Shown here: one piece after another, positions 35,413 through 40,473 of the stretch
Layout of the letters: every line of letters starts with the position of its first letter
How positions within the stretch are numbered: the stretch's first letter is position 1
IMG/VR virus record: IMGVR_UViG_3300031553_000011
Span: 1-40,473 of that record
Source: a virus
Lineage: Duplodnaviria > Caudoviricetes
DNA: 40,473 nt
Strand: one strand, 5' to 3'
Made by a program: the position numbers and the translations under genes
Notes under the pieces: model-generated
Seen by the model: the letters and a program-made list of their open reading frames with translations, nothing else
Database searches by the model: none
What the model was told of the DNA's origin: nothing

Positions 35413-36633
35413 ATGAAACGGTTACTGATAAGTATAATGATAATTATTTTATGTCTGACACTGGCAGGTCAGGCTAAGATACCAGACCAGGATATGATAA
35501 ACCTGGTAGAGCAGTTAGGTTGTCAAATTAGAATACCTTTGCTTATGGTAAGCAGAAGTACAAGCTTCTACAAATTTGAAGCAGGTGATAAACTGTCAGC
35601 TAAAAAGATTGAGTTATTGACTGATGAAGAAAAGACCTGGTACGAACAAGGCTATATAGTCAAATATGGTGAATGGATAGGGGACGATGAGAGTGAAAAA
35701 GACAAATTGGTTGAAGTAGCAATCTACGGCTCAGGCTCAATAATATTCTCTGACATTCTTCCAGAAGCTTTGCAGAGTAGCAGTAAGGAAATTGTAGTCT
35801 TGAAAAACACATACGGCTCGACATACCAAGAGGTTTCGACTAACGAAAAGGGAACATATGCAGAGACCCTGGTAATGACTAACTATCACGTTATTGAGCC
35901 TTTGATTGATGAAAAGGCTTTGGGAAGTAAGAAGTTTCCTTTGAGTGTATATGCAGAAGCAGATATAATAACAGAAATAGACCCGCCTTCAGCCAGAATA
36001 GTTGAAGGAGCAAGGCCTATTAGTCAGAAATATTATGTGATGATGGACGAAGAAGGAGCAGTTAAGTCCTGGGAAGCAGATGGAAACGAAGCGGAAATCA
36101 GAATAAAAGTCGACCAAGATTATGCAATAAAAGGTAAGGTTGTTGGTTTTGATAAGGGCTTAGACGTTGGGATAATTAGTATTAAAAATGTGGCATTTCA
36201 ACCTTACGCTAAGTTTAGAGAGACTCCTTGCGTAGTAGGTGAACGGGTATGGATTCGACATTCTCCTATGGCTATGAGATTTAGCACTGACAGGGGATAT
36301 GTGAATCAGACTGGATTGGATTTAGGAGTCGACCGTAATGGATTAGGTTGGAACAATCAAGTAAAATTAGATATTCCTTCAGCTCCAGGGTCTTCGGGCT
36401 CTCCAATATTTGATGAAGAGGGTTATATAATAGCTTTATTTCACGGTGGTTTGATTCATCAATTAGGACAAGGGTACAGTTTTATAGAAGGTGGCCATTT
36501 AGCTCATTCAGGGGTCGCTGTTGCCGAATGGTTAAAATGGCAGGGCTTCTCATACATATTTGATACAGAGCTTTATAAAGGGCAATCTGAGCTCATTGAG
36601 AGGTATTGTATACCAAGTAAGCCTTTACAATAA
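35413..36633 (+). CDS. exported trypsin-like (S1) serine protease
   Basis: signal peptide; GSGSII, TNYHV (His), GLDVGII (Asp), PGSSGSPIF (Ser). Confidence 0.88.
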   Translation: MKRLLISIMIIILCLTLAGQAKIPDQDMINLVEQLGCQIRIPLLMVSRSTSFYKFEAGDKLSAKKIELLTDEEKTWYEQGYIVKYGEWIGDDESEKDKLVEVAIYGSGSIIFSDILPEALQSSSKEIVVLKNTYGSTYQEVSTNEKGTYAETLVMTNYHVIEPLIDEKALGSKKFPLSVYAEADIITEIDPPSARIVEGARPISQKYYVMMDEEGAVKSWEADGNEAEIRIKVDQDYAIKGKVVGFDKGLDVGIISIKNVAFQPYAKFRETPCVVGERVWIRHSPMAMRFSTDRGYVNQTGLDLGVDRNGLGWNNQVKLDIPSAPGSSGSPIFDEEGYIIALFHGGLIHQLGQGYSFIEGGHLAHSGVAVAEWLKWQGFSYIFDTELYKGQSELIERYCIPSKPLQ

Positions 36634-36636
36634 GAC

Positions 36637-36679
36637 AAAAAAAAACCAGGGACGTTTTAAATCCCTGGTTTTTTCTTTT
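36637..36679. terminator. bidirectional intrinsic terminator
   Basis: A9-ccaggga / tccctgg-T6 between convergent genes. Confidence 0.9.
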
Positions 36680-36687
36680 ATAGGCTC

Positions 36688-36945
36688 TTATACTTTTATA
36701 GTTTGGTGGCCTCTCTTCCCCAGGAAATGTTTTACCTTAGCTTCCTGGACGTCTCCGACTAAGTTGTTATCTTCTATGTATTTATGAATCCTTTTCCGCT
36801 CTAAATAGTTAGCCTTCTTCAGATACTTTCTTCCGTTCTTATGACAAGATATATAAAGCTCAGGGTAAGGATTCGATTCAAAAGTTAAAATAGCTCCAGT
36901 AAATTTCTTCCGTCCTGGGACGGTGAAAGTCTGTAAGGTCTTCAT
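36688..36945 (-). CDS. hypothetical protein
   Basis: 85 aa, last gene of minus-strand cluster. Confidence 0.65.
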   Translation of the reverse strand: MKTLQTFTVPGRKKFTGAILTFESNPYPELYISCHKNGRKYLKKANYLERKRIHKYIEDNNLVGDVQEAKVKHFLGKRGHQTIKV

Positions 36946-36947
36946 TA

Positions 36948-37115
36948 TTATTTACTTCCCTTCTCCCCATCAACCTGGGGACGGTATTTTTTGGGTATTG
37001 AAATTGGCTCTGTTAGTAAATCCCTGGTGCACATTATATCAATTAATTCTGTATCGTCTTGGTCAAATTTTCCATCTCTGAAGTCTTCCAATGTATATAC
37101 TGTCAATTTTATCAC
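36948..37115 (-). CDS. small hypothetical protein (55 aa)
   Basis: MIKLTVYTLEDFRDGKFDQDD...; SD gagggg. Confidence 0.55.
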   Translation of the reverse strand: MIKLTVYTLEDFRDGKFDQDDTELIDIMCTRDLLTEPISIPKKYRPQVDGEKGSK

Positions 37116-37282
37116 TTCCCCTCAAAGAGATTATGCAATCTCTCTTGTTTCTTTTCCCAGGGTAATTCACTTAGATGAATAATCTCCAACCTGGAATCTC
37201 TCTTTATATTCTTTGCTACTTGTTTTTTATAACCCCCAGGTTCAGGATTATTTATTCTAATTATTTCTTCTAAACTATTCAT
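37112..37282 (-). CDS. small hypothetical protein (56 aa)
   Basis: MNSLEEIIRINNPEPGG...; SD aaggagtga. Confidence 0.6.
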   Translation of the reverse strand: MNSLEEIIRINNPEPGGYKKQVAKNIKRDSRLEIIHLSELPWEKKQERLHNLFEGK

Positions 37283-37387
37283 TGTTTATCACTCCTTTTT
37301 ATAACACGCTTTTTGAAATTCAATCAAGTCGAATTTGTCATAACAGTCAGCCTGAAAAGCCTGGCTAAATTCTTTTACAACTATTTT

Positions 37388-37564
37388 TTAAATAGTAATA
37401 GGAAAAAATAGTTTATTGCCTTTATTATCACGCCCAGCGAAGTATCTCCATATATTATTTTCTTTGTGAATATGGAGTGTCTTTGGAATCTGAAAAGGCT
37501 CTTTTGCGATTATCTCCATTCGATTCCCTTTTCTGCTTTTACTGATAATTTTAATCAATTCCAT
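37388..37564 (-). CDS. small hypothetical protein (58 aa)
   Basis: MELIKIISKSRKGNRMEII...; SD aaggagg. Confidence 0.65.
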   Translation of the reverse strand: MELIKIISKSRKGNRMEIIAKEPFQIPKTLHIHKENNIWRYFAGRDNKGNKLFFPITI

Positions 37565-37646
37565 CTTTCTTTTGCCTCCTTTAATTTAATAGTAACCTTA
37601 ATCCAGGAGATAGAACCAAGATAAACTATCTCCTGGATTCTGACTG

Positions 37647-37808
37647 CTACTTATACCGAATCGTTACTTCTTTTAGTAATGTATTTACAGTATCATTTAT
37701 TATCTCTTTTACAGGAACAATTTTCCCAACCAATACATTACCATGATACTCTACAAGTTTATTAAGTTCTCTCGTAAAAGCTTGTTTTAACTGTTCTTGC
37801 TTAGTCAT
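37647..37808 (-). CDS. small hypothetical protein (53 aa)
   Basis: MTKQEQLKQAFTRELNKL...; SD aaggagg. Confidence 0.65.
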   Translation of the reverse strand: MTKQEQLKQAFTRELNKLVEYHGNVLVGKIVPVKEIINDTVNTLLKEVTIRYK

Positions 37809-37989
37809 CTTAAACCCTCCTTATCTTTTCTTGATATGGTCTTATCTCGTCTTTGCTTTTCATTCGGTCAGTCGGTGAAGAGAAGGTTGACCCAGTCCCT
37901 TCACTTTTGAGGTTTCGGTTGTCAATGTGCTCCTACTTATATTATTCCCTATCTCGGTGCTTCTTAGACATATTCTTTTTACATTTCTA

Positions 37990-38017
37990 ATTATATACCT
38001 ATTAAATAGTATTGCAA
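37990..38017 (-). promoter_or_regulatory. leftward sigma70-type promoter
   Basis: minus strand TTGCAA-16-TATAAT upstream of small-gene cluster. Confidence 0.6.
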
Positions 38018-38180
38018 ATCGGGTGTAGCACTGTTCTGGTGCTCTTAGGCTACCCTGTGACAGTGAGTATATAGTTTGCTCACTCACTCCTACAAATCCT
38101 CTGTATTGCTTCCATTTACTCTGATTTATATATTTAATTCCATTTATTTTCCTTATTTATTTCCTCATCTCTGGAAAATG

Positions 38181-38189
38181 TGCTATAAT
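38181..38189 (+). promoter_or_regulatory. extended -10 promoter of terS/late operon
   Basis: TGCTATAAT without a recognisable -35. Confidence 0.55.
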
Positions 38190-38213
38190 AAAAAAAGTTA
38201 GAATAAAGAGGTT

Positions 38214-38696
38214 GTGAATAGTATGTCAGATATGAACAGAAAAAAACAAAAAGAAGCTTTCATCTTATCTATTAAGAATGGTTGTAGTAGAGTGAAAGCG
38301 GCTAAGGCTTGTGGAGTGGGGACTACAACAATATTCAATTGGTTACATAAAGACGAAAACTTTAAGACCGCAGTTGATTCAGCTATGGATTCCAGGATTG
38401 CAGTCGTAGAGGACGCATTATATAAGTTAGCTTCGGGCAAACAGAAATTAGACAAGGATAATAAGCCTATGTATGATACTGAGGGTAATCCTATAATGGC
38501 TCAGACTAATAATCAAGTAGTTGCTCAAATCTTTTGGTTAAAAAATAGAGGGAAAGGCCAATGGAGAGATAAACACGATTTAGAAATCACCGCTCCTAAG
38601 GTCGTTAATAAGAAAACTTTCATACAGGCAGGGGAAGAGCCTAAGATTGTAGATGAAGAGCCTATTAAAGAAGAAGACACTGAAGAGGTAGGGTAA
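38214..38696 (+). CDS. terS: terminase small subunit
   Basis: HTH (AAKACGVGTTTIFNW...D.NF), VEDALYKLA.G, AQIFWLKNR...WRDK. Confidence 0.85.
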   Translation: MNSMSDMNRKKQKEAFILSIKNGCSRVKAAKACGVGTTTIFNWLHKDENFKTAVDSAMDSRIAVVEDALYKLASGKQKLDKDNKPMYDTEGNPIMAQTNNQVVAQIFWLKNRGKGQWRDKHDLEITAPKVVNKKTFIQAGEEPKIVDEEPIKEEDTEEVG

Positions 38697-38964
38697 GCAT
38701 ATTAACGGATAAGTGGTTATGCCGATTGTGCTAAGCGGTTGAGGTACAAACAGAAGTAAAAGATAGGGAAGTATGAGATGAAGAGTGTATTAAGGGCTCA
38801 TACAATATGAGGCTCTGGGGAGAGTCTATTGACATATCAATTAACTGCTCAGTCTATCACTACGATTACATATCGTATCTAGGTATACTATCTATAAGAC
38901 CCCAATGGTTAACAGGGCTTAAAACGCAAAATAAGAACGCAAATAATACAGTTTAGAGGGATTA

Positions 38965-40392
38965 ATGATAATAACAAGAGATAATCAATATAATACAGGG
39001 GAAATGGTTGATATTCCGTACCACTTCAATCCCTATTACTGGCAAATTCCATCGTTCAATATGCTACTTAATGGCTATCTAAGAGGAATCTGGGTAGACC
39101 ATCGGAGATGTGGCAAGGACATAAGAGGCTTCAATCTCATTATTCAAGAGATGTGGGAGAATCCAGGATTATACTATTATGTGTTTCCTTCACAGACCCA
39201 GGGACGCAAGATTCTATGGGAAGGGTACACTGACCCTGACGCACTTGGTGCAGGGCATAAGTTTATGGATAACTTCTTACCAAAGGGTTTACTGGTAGGG
39301 AAACCGAATAATACAGATATGAAGTTTAGTATCTATACAAAGGGTAACAGAGCACATTCAATGTTTCAGATAATAGGGACAGACCAAAACCGCTTTGAAG
39401 CTATGAGAGGGACTAATCCCAGGGGAGTCATATTCTCCGAACAGGCAAGACAGCACCCTGGAGCTTGGGACGTAGTAAAGCCTATACTGATGAAAAACGG
39501 TGGTTGGGCTATATTCCAAAGCACTCCTAATGGGAACAATCATTTTAAAGAGCTATGGGAAAACGCATTAAAGAATAAGAAATGGTTTACCTGTATGCAC
39601 ACAATTTTACAGACATATGATGAAAACAATAGACGTCTCATCACTAAAGCGGACGTAGCTGAAGAAATCAAGATGGGTATGAGTGAAGACTTTGCACAAC
39701 AAGAATTCTATTGCAACTTTGCACAGGGACAAGAGGGAACATACGTAGGTAAACAGATGAATGAAGCACTCTTGGACGGAAGAATCTATAAACTTCCATA
39801 TGACCCTTCATACCTGGTAGACACATACTGGGATATAGGAGTCGGAGATTTTGATTCAATATGGTATGTACAGCAAGTTGGAAAAGAGATTAGATTTATA
39901 GACTATATGGAGTCTCCAGGAGCAACCTGGGCTTACTGGAAGCGTAAATTCAATGATACTGGGTACATATTTGGCAATCACTACGCACCATTCGATATAA
40001 AGAATAGAGAGAAAGCGGGAAATGAAGAAGCCGCTAAGACTCGATTGGCCTGGGCTAAAGATATAGGAATAGACTTCAAGATTACTCCATATGCTTCATT
40101 CGAAAATGGTGTAGACGCTATAAGAGGAATCTTAGGACGTTGTTCATTCGATGAAGAAAAGACTGCGGTCGGTAGGAAGCATTTAGAACAATGGGGAAGA
40201 GTCTGGGACAAAAGACAGATGAGGTACACAGATTTTGAGGCCAGGAACGAACACACTCACGCAGGAGCTTCAGGACGTTATGCAGCATTGAATATAAGGC
40301 ATAAAGAAGGATTCAATGTAGATAGAAAAATAGAAGAAAAGCAATTTAAGAGAAATTATAGACGTCATTCAGGGTCTATGATGGCTTCTTAA
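38965..40392 (+). CDS. terL: terminase large subunit
   Basis: HRRCGKD Walker A, GVIFSE Walker B, STPNGNNHF, QQEFYC.F, WDIGVGD nuclease motif. Confidence 0.93.
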   Translation: MIITRDNQYNTGEMVDIPYHFNPYYWQIPSFNMLLNGYLRGIWVDHRRCGKDIRGFNLIIQEMWENPGLYYYVFPSQTQGRKILWEGYTDPDALGAGHKFMDNFLPKGLLVGKPNNTDMKFSIYTKGNRAHSMFQIIGTDQNRFEAMRGTNPRGVIFSEQARQHPGAWDVVKPILMKNGGWAIFQSTPNGNNHFKELWENALKNKKWFTCMHTILQTYDENNRRLITKADVAEEIKMGMSEDFAQQEFYCNFAQGQEGTYVGKQMNEALLDGRIYKLPYDPSYLVDTYWDIGVGDFDSIWYVQQVGKEIRFIDYMESPGATWAYWKRKFNDTGYIFGNHYAPFDIKNREKAGNEEAAKTRLAWAKDIGIDFKITPYASFENGVDAIRGILGRCSFDEEKTAVGRKHLEQWGRVWDKRQMRYTDFEARNEHTHAGASGRYAALNIRHKEGFNVDRKIEEKQFKRNYRRHSGSMMAS

Positions 40393-40399
40393 AGCAATT

Positions 40400-40473
40400 G
40401 TGGTAGTAGCCTAAGGGTAAGGCCTCTCACTGTGAATGAGACAATTGGAGTTCGATTCTCCGCTATCACCCCA
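40400..40473 (+). tRNA. tRNA-His (GUG), CCA encoded
   Basis: acceptor gtggtag/ctatcac, D stem gcct/aggc, anticodon arm tctca-ctGTGaa-tgaga, T arm tggag-ttcgatt-ctccg, C73-CCA. Confidence 0.92.
40447..40473. repeat. 27-nt terminal direct repeat (copy 2)
   Basis: identical to 1..27. Confidence 0.97.

Noticed and set aside
331-36600. Many minus-strand ORFs in the track (e.g. 1038..1451, 12412..12783, 19869..20153, 28259..28585)
   Set aside because: Antisense shadows of clear plus-strand genes, with no recognisable motifs.
36560-37182. Plus-strand ORFs 36560..36787 and 36991..37182
   Set aside because: They cross or follow the terminator and oppose SD-led minus-strand genes.
37860-38087. 75-aa minus-strand ORF
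   Set aside because: Runs across the predicted promoter and structured leader, with atypical composition; not fully excluded.
39424-39444. TerL Walker B reads IFSE rather than IFDE
   Set aside because: Catalytic Glu is retained and I recall this variant in related terminases; not evidence of inactivation.
1-40473. Alternative genetic code
   Set aside because: Core genes are intact under the standard code and end in TAA, TAG or TGA.

Overview
Complete or near-complete ~40.4-kb circularly permuted genome of an AT-rich, podovirus-type (P22/T7-like tail) phage. The first 27 nt repeat the last 27 nt, and the join falls inside a tRNA-His gene between terL and the portal. Gene order: portal, scaffold, capsid, decoration, adaptor, split nozzle, ejection proteins (including a 2218-aa polyvalent protein), fibres and lysis; a promoter-driven accessory operon (phosphoesterase, Zn ribbon, dNTP diphosphohydrolase, exported thioredoxin); AAA ATPase, YqaJ and RecT; lambda-O-like initiator with iterons plus DnaB; RusA; exported serine protease; a divergent cluster of small genes; terS and terL. 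I recognise no integrase, repressor, DNA polymerase, methyltransferase, reverse transcriptase or CRISPR array. Strongest leads: (1) a copy of the capsid N-terminal 'YxPELW' arm inside a non-structural protein, a possible capsid decoy; (2) an injected protein with ART-like and ParB-like domains and a duplicated unknown domain; (3) a nozzle split by an FN3/adhesin module; (4) three exported protein-modifying enzymes; (5) a tRNA-His lacking G-1; (6) an ATT start codon; (7) GATC/GCWGC avoidance and a CpG-poor block. All family calls come from motif recognition by eye, not database searches.
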